Shown one piece after another: positions 28,428 through 36,692 of a stretch of 55,295 nucleotides of DNA. Source of the stretch: an uncultured virus (IMG/VR IMGVR_UViG_3300042485_000398) (taxonomy: Duplodnaviria; Heunggongvirae; Uroviricota; Caudoviricetes); the IMG/VR virus record IMGVR_UViG_3300042485_000398, positions 62,001 through 117,295 of that record; one strand, 5' to 3'. The position numbers were made by a program, and so were the translations under genes. The notes beneath the pieces were generated by a model. It did no database searches. It was not told where the DNA came from and saw only the letters and a program-made list of their open reading frames with translations. Each line of letters opens with the position of its first letter. The first letter of the stretch is position 1.

Positions 28428-29018
28428 TTAACAGACCACTTGGCCTTTCTCCTTGATCCATAGTTGAGAGAATTTGTCTTTATCAAACTTGACAAAGACG
28501 CGGTACTTTGTTATCAAACGAGATACATCTTTCCATATAAAATCATTTGCTAACACAGTATTATTACTATACACGAAATTAAACAATTTGTCAAGAATAA
28601 TTAGGGTTTCAAGACTAATTTTTTTACCAAGGTATAGTTTTAATGCTAAGGGATGTTGGCCATCACTAATCAATGGATCAACATTTGCTTTTTCAGCCTC
28701 TAACATAAGTGTAGAAATATCTTGGGTGAACAGATATGTCAACTTCTCTTTTCTAGCCTTCCAGTCCCGATATACGTTATCACTTTCGGCATCAAATAAA
28801 CCATTATGTCCATTGACAAAGTTAGCAACGAAATAATCTACCATCTCAGTAAAGATAAATCGTTTCGCCAACTTGCGAAACAATAGAACATCCTTACGTT
28901 TAAGAAATGTTTCTCTCTTACACCTGACACCCGATTTCGTTTTTGTGATATCGTAATCATCAGAAGTAAAATGAAGTTTGAGTGACATGTAGACACGATA
29001 AACTTCGAAAGAGTCCAT
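28428..29018 (-). CDS. gp59: Helicase loader gp59
   Basis: YMSLKLHF..DYD, FLKRKD..LFRKLA and ISLETLIILD motifs. Confidence 0.88.
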   Translation of the reverse strand: MDSFEVYRVYMSLKLHFTSDDYDITKTKSGVRCKRETFLKRKDVLLFRKLAKRFIFTEMVDYFVANFVNGHNGLFDAESDNVYRDWKARKEKLTYLFTQDISTLMLEAEKANVDPLISDGQHPLALKLYLGKKISLETLIILDKLFNFVYSNNTVLANDFIWKDVSRLITKYRVFVKFDKDKFSQLWIKEKGQVVC

Positions 29019-29308
29019 TAGAAGGGTAGCTTTCCATCCTTGCGCTTCAACATATTTAGTTCTTCTGCTTCCGCACGAATCTTTTCCTTAAGTGAAGTTG
29101 TCAATAGAACCGATGCCGATTCCATTTCAATATCATTCTTCACGCAATAATCAACTAGCAAGTCCATACACGGTAGACCTGTTGTCGATGCTTGCTTCTC
29201 AATAAATTGAGAAAACTCAGTAGAAGTTCTAAACTTCTTCGTAATCAGAAATTCGTTGCTGACTTCATCTACCACTTGAAAATCCTCGACCATAAAATTG
29301 TGTTCCAC
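29018..29308 (-). CDS. gp33: Late-transcription coactivator gp33 (true start probably downstream, e.g. 29293)
   Basis: FSQFIE...DYC....IE.E....L...LKEKIRAEAEELN.L....KLPF. Confidence 0.85.
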   Translation of the reverse strand: MEHNFMVEDFQVVDEVSNEFLITKKFRTSTEFSQFIEKQASTTGLPCMDLLVDYCVKNDIEMESASVLLTTSLKEKIRAEAEELNMLKRKDGKLPF

Positions 29309-29810
29309 TCATTTCATTTTTATCAAAAAGATACCAACAAGCATTGTCCTTGCCAGTAAACTTACTATCTTCAATCCACTTTACTCTACCTATGGCCACA
29401 ACCTTACTACAATATTGTAGATAGGGTATTGCTTGTTTAGTATGCATCCAATCAGCATCAAAGAGAAGCCATGTAGGACGAATACTAGCAAACCTATCAA
29501 TCAATGGATGAAGTATCCATCGCGACCAAGGCGGATTAGTTATAATATAGCTGGTATTTGCGGGAATGTCAACAGTTAATGCATCATATTTTTCAATAGA
29601 CGGGTCTTTAGGATCAATATCAGAAACCAAAGTAGCTACTGCATTACTATCTGTTAAGGTGTCTATATGCCTACAGAGTCTACCGTCGCCGGCACAAGGC
29701 TCAGCGAAGGTAAACTCCGAGGGAAGAAAGGGTAAGAGAGGCTTTACTGCATCCAACGGAGTCGGATAGAAGTCGTTCTTACGATGTTCAAAGTTACTTC
29801 TCTTACCCAT
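29265..29810 (-). CDS. Amino (N6-A/N4-C) DNA methyltransferase
   Basis: DFYPTP, FAEPCAGDG (SAM-binding) and IITNPPW (catalytic motif IV). Confidence 0.8.
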   Translation of the reverse strand: MGKRSNFEHRKNDFYPTPLDAVKPLLPFLPSEFTFAEPCAGDGRLCRHIDTLTDSNAVATLVSDIDPKDPSIEKYDALTVDIPANTSYIITNPPWSRWILHPLIDRFASIRPTWLLFDADWMHTKQAIPYLQYCSKVVAIGRVKWIEDSKFTGKDNACWYLFDKNEMSGTQFYGRGFSSGR

Positions 29811-29813
29811 TCT

Positions 29814-30419
29814 TTATCCTGCATAAAATATATGATCACCAATTTTAGCTACTCTACGAAGATTCCAACCTGGACTTACATAGTCGGCATGATAGAATAG
29901 AACATTTTTTCCTAATACGCCATGATTAGCCCCAGCGAACAATACCTTCTCAGCAACTTTCTTTGACTCAGCATATTGTTGCGCACTGCGGACACTCTTC
30001 TTTCCTTCGCATACCCATGAGAACTGACACACACGTTTTGTTCTCTGGTATACAACGGAGCATACGGATTTAGGAAACTTGGGGCTATTTACCCGATTGA
30101 TAGTGACAGCAGCAACGGCCAATTTGCCTTGAGTAGACTGGTTACCAGCCTCATAATAGATATTGTCTGCGAGACACTTCAATTCTCTGTTATTTGCCAG
30201 ACGAATATTTTGTGTCTGGATTCTTTGTTGTGTTACTTTACGTTGTTGTTCTTGGGCATCTTCTTTGATGTCCTGAATTACTTCTCCGACGCCGAGGGAA
30301 TATTCCCTTGCTTCTCTTTCGATGGCAGTTTCAGCATATGAATTAATTCCATATAAACTATAACTTAATAGTGTAATAATCGAAAGAAACTTGAAAAACT
30401 TCTTATTAAAGGAAGTCAT
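29814..30419 (-). CDS. Cell wall hydrolase (SleB/Hydrolase_2 family) with N-terminal membrane/signal segment
   Basis: CLADNIYYEA, VTINRV, CQFSW, FYHADYV.P.W and IGDHIFY motifs. Confidence 0.9.
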   Translation of the reverse strand: MTSFNKKFFKFLSIITLLSYSLYGINSYAETAIEREAREYSLGVGEVIQDIKEDAQEQQRKVTQQRIQTQNIRLANNRELKCLADNIYYEAGNQSTQGKLAVAAVTINRVNSPKFPKSVCSVVYQRTKRVCQFSWVCEGKKSVRSAQQYAESKKVAEKVLFAGANHGVLGKNVLFYHADYVSPGWNLRRVAKIGDHIFYAG

Positions 30420-30599
30420 CTTATTTCCATTTTTTTGTTATACTTGAGAGGGTATTAACCAGTGACTCCCCACACTGATTGTCCGAAGACAAAAAATAAC
30501 CCACTGTGCTTGCTGGTGTCAGGTCGCACAATGGGTCATACAACTATTTAGCATCCGTAGATTCTTACATCACTCATTTCATCGTATAAACCAAACAGG

Positions 30600-30970
30600 T
30601 GATAGTTTTATTCTGTTTCGAGGGAAAACTATCAAAAACCCAATGAGATTATGCGGCTAGCGCATATCCTGCAAAGGCAACGTTATCGTTTGCATTTACG
30701 TTTAGTGGCACTTTGCCAAGCAATCAGTCTCGAACCGCCCTATTACACGAAAATCGAATTCCAAGGTCACCCCCATCAACAAGAAACTCATCTAGGCAAG
30801 TACCGCAGCAAAAATCATCTTCTATTATACGCGCTCTTAAATCTTCTAGGTTAGTATACTGAGAGTCACGTATGTCACGACAACTGCAAATTACCATAAT
30901 TTCCTCTTGGTGGAGGTGCGGGGAGTCGAACCCCGGTCTTTCCGCCTTTATTGTTGATTGTCAACAACTG
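30600..30970 (-). ncRNA. ssrA: Circularly permuted two-piece tmRNA: acceptor piece ~30970-30908, intervening segment 30907-30775, coding piece 30774-~30600
   Basis: T-arm CGGGG-TTCGACT-CCCCG and CACCTCCA-CCA come first. 5' strand GGGGGTG comes later and pairs with a G3-U70 Ala determinant. Tag frame 30693-30649 = ANDNVAFAGYALAA*. Terminal hairpin GATAGTTTT...AAAACTATC. Outer ends approximate. Confidence 0.93.
30724..30897 (-). CDS. 57-aa Cys-rich protein, Bfd-like [2Fe-2S]/metal-binding, nested in the tmRNA precursor
   Basis: SD AGAGGA directly after the CCA, then MVICSCRDIRDSQYTNLEDLRARIIEDDFCCGTCLDEFLVDGGDLGIRFSCNRAVRD*; CxC...CxxC pattern. Confidence 0.6.
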   Translation of the reverse strand: MVICSCRDIRDSQYTNLEDLRARIIEDDFCCGTCLDEFLVDGGDLGIRFSCNRAVRD

Positions 30971-30976
30971 ATAATC

Positions 30977-31007
30977 TATTTATACACTAGTTTGCTTTGG
31001 AAGTCAA
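30977..31007 (-). promoter_or_regulatory. Composite sigma70-type and T4-late promoter for tmRNA
   Basis: TTGACT-17 bp-TATAAA, where the -10 box is part of an exact TATAAATA. Confidence 0.7.
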
Positions 31008-31023
31008 CAGTTTTTTATATTCT

Positions 31024-31590
31024 TCACGCCGCAGCATCGATTACAAATGACCAGAATGATGTGCCAGGGTAGAACGTAGCAGGTTTACCGAGTTGTTGCT
31101 CTAGTCGTTTTACGTTCTCAACTACGTCTGGCCAACCGGGTGGCCACACGACTTCTGGCCAGCCCTCCACATAGTCATGGCCGCACAGTAGACCACCACT
31201 TTTTAGATTTCTCAGTCCATATTGAATGATATGCCAGTCATTTGGATTAGTGTGTGCGGCATCGACAAAGAATATATCTGCAGGGTTGTTTACATATTCC
31301 GAGTATTTAAAATACGGACAGGCAGCGCGGATGCTATGAATATTTGGTATATCCTTAGTGTTCTTGTGGAACTCACCATGGAAATCTGTGTCTGTCTGCG
31401 GGGCATAAAATGTGTCTACACAATATACATTTACAGAGGGATGGCAGGACTTTGCCCATGTATATGCGCTACGTCCGTAGAGACTGCCGATCTCCATGAT
31501 GACTCCATTCTCTGGAACCTCATTCGCCCATTTCTCGATTTGATGAAGTTCTTGCTCGGTCATCCAACCGGGAATTTCTAAATTAACCAT
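31024..31590 (-). CDS. Class I SAM-dependent methyltransferase (Methyltransf_24-like)
   Basis: PGWM, MEIGSLYGRSA, FVDAAH and GGLLCGHDY motifs. Confidence 0.8.
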   Translation of the reverse strand: MVNLEIPGWMTEQELHQIEKWANEVPENGVIMEIGSLYGRSAYTWAKSCHPSVNVYCVDTFYAPQTDTDFHGEFHKNTKDIPNIHSIRAACPYFKYSEYVNNPADIFFVDAAHTNPNDWHIIQYGLRNLKSGGLLCGHDYVEGWPEVVWPPGWPDVVENVKRLEQQLGKPATFYPGTSFWSFVIDAAA

Positions 31591-31599
31591 TATATTATC

Positions 31600-31980
31600 C
31601 TATAGATTAAAATTGATACTCTCTCCGCAGCCGCAGCTACTAGAAGCAAGCGGTGCTTGTATTTCAATGACGCTACCAATAATATCAACTTTTTTATTAA
31701 CGGTGCTACCTATAAGATATAGTTCCGACGGTCTATCCAGCCAGAACGTCCAATCATCATACTCTTGTGGAAAGTCATCTTCTACGAGTTCGTCAGCACT
31801 CTTTACCAAATCCCACTTGTAACTGAACCCGGCACATCCACCTCCTGCGAGAGATAGTCGAACACCTAGTGCGTTATTTGAAACTGAGACATTACGAAAA
31901 TGCTCAAGTGCGGATTCCGTAAACTGTATGCGGTCTTTTATCATCAAACTATTTATTACGACTCGCTTCGAATAAATCAC
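31600..31980 (-). CDS. iscA: A-type Fe-S cluster carrier (IscA/SufA/HesB family); start probably 31944
   Basis: GGGCAGFSY and C-terminal CGCGES motifs. Confidence 0.88.
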   Translation of the reverse strand: MIYSKRVVINSLMIKDRIQFTESALEHFRNVSVSNNALGVRLSLAGGGCAGFSYKWDLVKSADELVEDDFPQEYDDWTFWLDRPSELYLIGSTVNKKVDIIGSVIEIQAPLASSSCGCGESINFNL

Positions 31981-32617
31981 GAGTTTCGATAAGTTTTTTG
32001 GCCCAGTTGTCGCGCTTTTCTACAAACACCTGAGGCTCATCGCCATCTACAGCAATCAAGATAACAAGAAAGGGAACAGGAATACCAGTTCGTTCTTCAT
32101 ACATGATTGCATATGCAGCGGTCTGCATAAAGTAGGAACTGATATATTCCTTCTTCTTGGGCCGATTAGAAGTCTTAAAGTCGATTACGGCGCGAATACC
32201 ATTGTATTCTCCGATACAGTCAACGCGACCAGCCATACGCAGGAAGTCGCTGTATAATGCCAGCTCTTGGCAGTGAATGTTATCGATAGGTTCAAGAATT
32301 GACTTAAACTTAGTAAACATTTCCTTGTCGAGCAAGGACGCTCTCACGCTATCAAAATCGACTTCTTCATTCTTTAAATATGCTTCGGTAAGTGTGTGTA
32401 TTTTAGTACCGCGAGTAGAAGCCTGCTTAGAAATGCGGTCGGCTTCTTCTTCACCAACGCGCTCACGCCACTTGTTGATGCCATCTTTATTCAGAACACC
32501 GAGAACAGTGGTAGCAGAGGGATATCCAACACCCGAGGCATTGACATAAACTCTGCTACCATCTTCTCTTGTTTCATCTTGGGCGAAATCAGTATAATCA
32601 TAGATCGTTTTAAACAT
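31949..32617 (-). CDS. PD-(D/E)XK exonuclease typical of marine T4-like phages
   Basis: YPSATTVL, RGTKIH, AGRVDCI, IDFKTS and Q..AYA.M motifs. Confidence 0.85.
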   Translation of the reverse strand: MFKTIYDYTDFAQDETREDGSRVYVNASGVGYPSATTVLGVLNKDGINKWRERVGEEEADRISKQASTRGTKIHTLTEAYLKNEEVDFDSVRASLLDKEMFTKFKSILEPIDNIHCQELALYSDFLRMAGRVDCIGEYNGIRAVIDFKTSNRPKKKEYISSYFMQTAAYAIMYEERTGIPVPFLVILIAVDGDEPQVFVEKRDNWAKKLIETRDLFEASRNK

Positions 32618-32622
32618 ATACT

Positions 32623-32651
32623 CTTATAACATGATTCGCATAGTTTGTCAA
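32623..32651 (-). promoter_or_regulatory. sigma70-type promoter for the exonuclease gene
   Basis: TTGACA-17 bp-TATAAG, with GCGAATC in the spacer. Confidence 0.65.
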
Positions 32652-32656
32652 GTCTT

Positions 32657-33412
32657 TTATGCGTATCTCTCCTCATATTCTAATCTGGCCAGAATATATT
32701 CTTTAACCAATTTGGACCTTACTATATCATGAACAGAAAACTCTACAGTTTTGAACGAGGGCATTAGTTCGGCGATAGCGATGAACTTTTGAAGTCCAGA
32801 CATATCGGTCTTTTTATATAGATCAGTCTGTCGGAAATCTCCGCAGAATATGATCTTTGAGTTTCTGCCAATTCTGGTCATAATTGAATTTAATTCCATA
32901 TCCGTCATATTCTGACATTCATCAACGATGACGATGGAATTATCTAGAGTGATACCACGAACAAATGAAGTGATCATAAAGTTCACTGACTTTTGTTCTT
33001 GCAATCGCTGAAATGGCTGGATATGATTAAACAAATCCTCGCAGATTTCTACATAAGGTAACTGATAAACTTCTGTCTTTTCTTTTTCATCACCAGGTAG
33101 GTGACCAATTTCTCTTGATGGAACAGCAGAGCGGACTATTACTACTCGCTCAAATACTGTTTCTGGATCTAGTGCTTCTTCTAGTGCCTTAAAAAGCGCG
33201 ATGTATGTTTTCCCTGTTCCTGCTACACCGTGAAGTAATATTGCTGCGGACTGTTGATTATAAAGTTCAAAAAATTGTCTCTGATTAAAGGTTTTTGGTT
33301 GAATATTTTTTAGGTCTTCGTATTTTACTTTGCATAGCTTACTCTTCTCTAGGGTTACGGGCGAGTCATTATTTGAGACAACTTGTAAGGCGTTTTGTTT
33401 TCTTCTTGACAT
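32657..33412 (-). CDS. phoH: PhoH-family ATPase (start at MSRRK, SD AAGGA)
   Basis: GVAGTGKT Walker A, IGHLPG, FVRGITL, VDECQN, GDFRQTD and DIVRS motifs. Confidence 0.93.
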   Translation of the reverse strand: MSRRKQNALQVVSNNDSPVTLEKSKLCKVKYEDLKNIQPKTFNQRQFFELYNQQSAAILLHGVAGTGKTYIALFKALEEALDPETVFERVVIVRSAVPSREIGHLPGDEKEKTEVYQLPYVEICEDLFNHIQPFQRLQEQKSVNFMITSFVRGITLDNSIVIVDECQNMTDMELNSIMTRIGRNSKIIFCGDFRQTDLYKKTDMSGLQKFIAIAELMPSFKTVEFSVHDIVRSKLVKEYILARLEYEERYA

Positions 33413-33441
33413 AACAGTCCTTTGAGGTTTGAGGTTGATAC

Positions 33442-33474
33442 AAAAAAGGCGACACTGCAATAGCAGAGTCGCCT
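33442..33474 (-). terminator. Intrinsic terminator-like hairpin in the phoH leader
   Basis: AGGCGAC-TCTGC-TATT-GCAGT-GTCGCCT followed by a T-run on the - strand. Confidence 0.65.
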
Positions 33475-33538
33475 AGTGCCGAGGGAGGCACGATGGATTC
33501 GGGAAGAGAAATCGGTATAACTGTCTTCATGTAGTTAT

Positions 33539-34087
33539 TTATTGTGTATCATCTTTCCACCAGCAAGGAATTTCACGATTTTTCCATTTTGCCATAGTTT
33601 TTTTTGCGCCGATATAATAGTTACGATATGATTGTAAGGAATCACCTTGTACCTTGTATTCATCTGGCATCGCAGGCGTCGGCTGTGTTAGATAACTTAC
33701 CGGAATATTTTTGGGTGGCTTGCGAAGAAAATAAACTAATCGGTCGGTCGCATGAATTTTACCATACCGATAAGTGTATTCTGCCAGTAGGGATTGGAAT
33801 AGACATACAAGCCAGTTATAATTATTGTTAGACTGGCGAACCCAGATAGCACTCGGATGATTGATATGTGTTGCTTTGTAGAGAACTGTTTCAAGGGTGT
33901 TGTCTTCCATACGCCAACGCTTGATTGAACGGCCATTCGCAGTTTTGTCTAGGTATTGTTCACCGTCGATTACGCGATGTGCAGTAGATAACAGTTGTGC
34001 ATATTCTAAGATCATCTTAACGACATGCTTGTCATTATGATATTCAGCACATTTGGAAACGTCACGATCCAAATAAAAGATATTCAT
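33539..34087 (-). CDS. Pyrimidine-dimer DNA glycosylase / DenV-like protein
   Basis: MNIFYLD...DKHVVKMILEYAQLLSTAH, HINHPSAIW, EYTYRYGKIH, AMPDEYK and YRNYY motifs. Confidence 0.75.
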   Translation of the reverse strand: MNIFYLDRDVSKCAEYHNDKHVVKMILEYAQLLSTAHRVIDGEQYLDKTANGRSIKRWRMEDNTLETVLYKATHINHPSAIWVRQSNNNYNWLVCLFQSLLAEYTYRYGKIHATDRLVYFLRKPPKNIPVSYLTQPTPAMPDEYKVQGDSLQSYRNYYIGAKKTMAKWKNREIPCWWKDDTQ

Positions 34088-34093
34088 GATATA

Positions 34094-34363
34094 TTAACTT
34101 TCTTCGATAGATTCACGTATGCAGCGTATATGCTCTTTTGCTACACTTGATATTATATCAGATTCCCTCGCAATGTCAAGACATTCTATAACTTCAATTG
34201 GGTCCATTTCTAATAAATCGTCCATCATGTTTCTTTCTGGTGTAACTCCGAAAGCATTGACGCAAAATAAAACAAGCTCCACATCGGCATCCGTATATAA
34301 CGGTATGCGATAGCGTCTAGGTTCCTTACGAAATCTATCTGGAAACTGGAGGATGTTATTCAT
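34094..34363 (-). CDS. Hypothetical protein
   Basis: 89-aa ORF filling the gap, with an AATAAATA late-promoter-like site just upstream. Confidence 0.6.
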   Translation of the reverse strand: MNNILQFPDRFRKEPRRYRIPLYTDADVELVLFCVNAFGVTPERNMMDDLLEMDPIEVIECLDIARESDIISSVAKEHIRCIRESIEES

Positions 34364-34374
34364 GTTAATATTTA

Positions 34375-35808
34375 TTAGGAAAAGACTTTTACCATGTATT
34401 TCGCCTCGAAATCATCCGCGTCTTTGAAGTTATTCACCATGGGCATACCCTTGATATTAAGACTAGTATTCAATAGCATTGGACAGCCGGTTTCTTCATA
34501 CCACCTACTAAGAAGTTCATACAGTCCAGAGTGTTGCTCTTTTGTCACAGTTTGGACGCGACTTGTACCATCAGCATGGACAATAGCAGGAAACTGATCA
34601 GGATATTTACATCTTGAAGTATATTGCATATAAGGGGAGTCTTCCCATGACATCTCAAAGTAGTCTCTCGCATGTTCTGCCAAAATAACTGGAGCGAATG
34701 GCCGAAATTTTTGACGCTTTTTAATGGCATTTACTTTATCCTTAATGTCATGTCCTCTTGGATCAGCTAGAAGGCTGCGATTACCTAATGCTCTAGGACC
34801 AAATTCAGCTTGACCATTTGCAACTCCTACTATACTAGCCTTATGCAATTCTGTCAAGAGTTTTTCTACTGGATATTCTCCTCCCATATCTGCACCTAGA
34901 TATGGACCCTTCCAGTTCAATTTTTGTCTGTTGTTAGCTGCAATCGCACCCAAAGAACTACCCGAATCTCCAGGATTAGGCATAATCCAGACATTATCAA
35001 AATACTTTCGTGCAATATGATTTGCACTACAGTTTAACGCACAACCACCCATAAGAACGAGATTATTTTGTCCGGGGTCTTTCATTTTTGCTCGTATCAG
35101 AAGTTTTTCGAATTCTTCTTCATAGACTTTTTGAGTTGCCGCAGCGACACTATAAATGTCCAGGTCTCCATCATCTGGCCTCCACCAGCGACATCCACGA
35201 TGCAGGTTCTCAGATTTCCAAAGATTTTTTACTTCATCATAATACTTTCCAGGATCACCATATGCTACCATTCCCATTAAGATATATTCGTCTTCATTGG
35301 GCTTTAACCCAATTCTATCTGTCATAGCAGAATAGAACAGGCCCAAAGACTTGGGATAGTCCATAGACCATTTCTTTTTGAGTTTACTACCAGAACATTT
35401 CCAGATTGATGCAGTATCGAATTCCCCAATAGCATCAATAACAAGAGCGGTTGCATCATCATATGGCGAAGTGTAAAAGCCAGCAGCGGCATGTGACTCG
35501 TGGTGATAAGCAAACTCTACCGGAATATCTTTTAGACCAAAATGTTCAAGATACTGCCTGACACTAAATCGAATCAGTCCCTGACCGGCTAACAGTCTTC
35601 TCATTGCCCTAAGTTTAGGCTTTTCATACCAGTGAATTTTTTCTGGTTTGCCAAATTTCAAAGCAGCATGAATTAAATCATCATTTAAGTCTTTGTCGTT
35701 TTTGATACCAGAATATCTTTCTGCATGGGAAGCAAACAAAATTTCATTGCCAGAAACAACAGTCAAAGACGCATCGTGTGCGGCCGCAGATATACCCCAT
35801 TCAATCAT
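34375..35808 (-). CDS. Carbamoyltransferase (NodU/CmcH/TobZ family)
   Basis: HDAS, ERYS..KND, HHESHAA, DAIGE, GGCALNC, EFGPRALGNRSLLADP, FRPFAP and LLNTSLN motifs. Confidence 0.93.
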   Translation of the reverse strand: MIEWGISAAAHDASLTVVSGNEILFASHAERYSGIKNDKDLNDDLIHAALKFGKPEKIHWYEKPKLRAMRRLLAGQGLIRFSVRQYLEHFGLKDIPVEFAYHHESHAAAGFYTSPYDDATALVIDAIGEFDTASIWKCSGSKLKKKWSMDYPKSLGLFYSAMTDRIGLKPNEDEYILMGMVAYGDPGKYYDEVKNLWKSENLHRGCRWWRPDDGDLDIYSVAAATQKVYEEEFEKLLIRAKMKDPGQNNLVLMGGCALNCSANHIARKYFDNVWIMPNPGDSGSSLGAIAANNRQKLNWKGPYLGADMGGEYPVEKLLTELHKASIVGVANGQAEFGPRALGNRSLLADPRGHDIKDKVNAIKKRQKFRPFAPVILAEHARDYFEMSWEDSPYMQYTSRCKYPDQFPAIVHADGTSRVQTVTKEQHSGLYELLSRWYEETGCPMLLNTSLNIKGMPMVNNFKDADDFEAKYMVKVFS

Positions 35809-35816
35809 AAAGAATC

Positions 35817-36692
35817 CTATTTTGGTTTTATCAAATAATCATATATTTCGGTAGCAAACATTTTGTGGGCTTCGATGCCAGCATGTCCATAAGCACATCT
35901 TTCACCCTTATATTTATACATTGAGCCAACAGGTACAAAATTCAATCTATCAAATGTATCTTTATAAATCGTTTTTAGACGTTTAATTAAATCAATGTCT
36001 GTTTTTGTTTTTAAGAATTTTAAATTAGAATGCTGACTAGATGGATCATCAGGATAAGGAATGTAGGGATGCGTTTCTATAAAAATATGTGGTATATTTT
36101 CTTGGTGTAAAGCAGTTTGTATTGACCGTAAAATAATCATATTGTTCAGGGCCACTTGATATTCGTTATTAATTTGTATCAGTGCATCATATAAGGTCTC
36201 TAGTTTATTTAATGTATGTCTATGAGACATAATAAAGTTGTGTAAATTACCTTCTTCATCTATGATCATATCTCTTACAGGAGATGTCGCTCCTATAAAT
36301 ACCACATCTCCATCTTTGTAATAACCATTTGCTATATCCGACAGTATATTAAACAATATCTTTTTTTGAGAAGTGCCTGGTTCAGCAAAGTTCACATATT
36401 CCGTGGATAACATATCACTAAGATGTTTTGCGTATGAATATTGATTGCACAATTTCACATATCGGTCATTAGCTGATTCCGAACACCTTGGATCTAACAT
36501 GGCATAAACTTTACTGTATAGTTGTGCGTTCCAGTTGCTGCGCCCATATCTCATTTTCAAAGTATTGACTTCTTTGAGCGACATATCGAATATATCCGCA
36601 TCTGCCAATTCGGACCCAGCAGTATTGGAACAGCCATAAAAAATTGTTCTTTTTATGTTGCATTCTTCAATATTATGGTATCGGATCGACAC
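35817..36692 (-). CDS. SGNH/GDSL-like protein
   Basis: FYGCSNTAG (block I variant), NFAEPG and C-terminal GHAGIEAH. Confidence 0.55.
   Translation of the reverse strand: MSIRYHNIEECNIKRTIFYGCSNTAGSELADADIFDMSLKEVNTLKMRYGRSNWNAQLYSKVYAMLDPRCSESANDRYVKLCNQYSYAKHLSDMLSTEYVNFAEPGTSQKKILFNILSDIANGYYKDGDVVFIGATSPVRDMIIDEEGNLHNFIMSHRHTLNKLETLYDALIQINNEYQVALNNMIILRSIQTALHQENIPHIFIETHPYIPYPDDPSSQHSNLKFLKTKTDIDLIKRLKTIYKDTFDRLNFVPVGSMYKYKGERCAYGHAGIEAHKMFATEIYDYLIKPK

Noticed and set aside
29265..29810. Restriction-modification system
   Set aside because: No adjacent endonuclease; looks like an orphan methyltransferase
30908..30945. tRNA-like T-arm and CCA considered as a tRNA gene or attachment site
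   Set aside because: No D-arm or anticodon arm upstream; the matching 5' acceptor strand and tag frame lie downstream, so it is the tmRNA acceptor piece
31949..32617. Cas4-like nuclease as evidence for CRISPR adaptation
   Set aside because: Lacks the four-Cys Fe-S motif; an ordinary T4-like phage PD-(D/E)XK exonuclease with no array nearby
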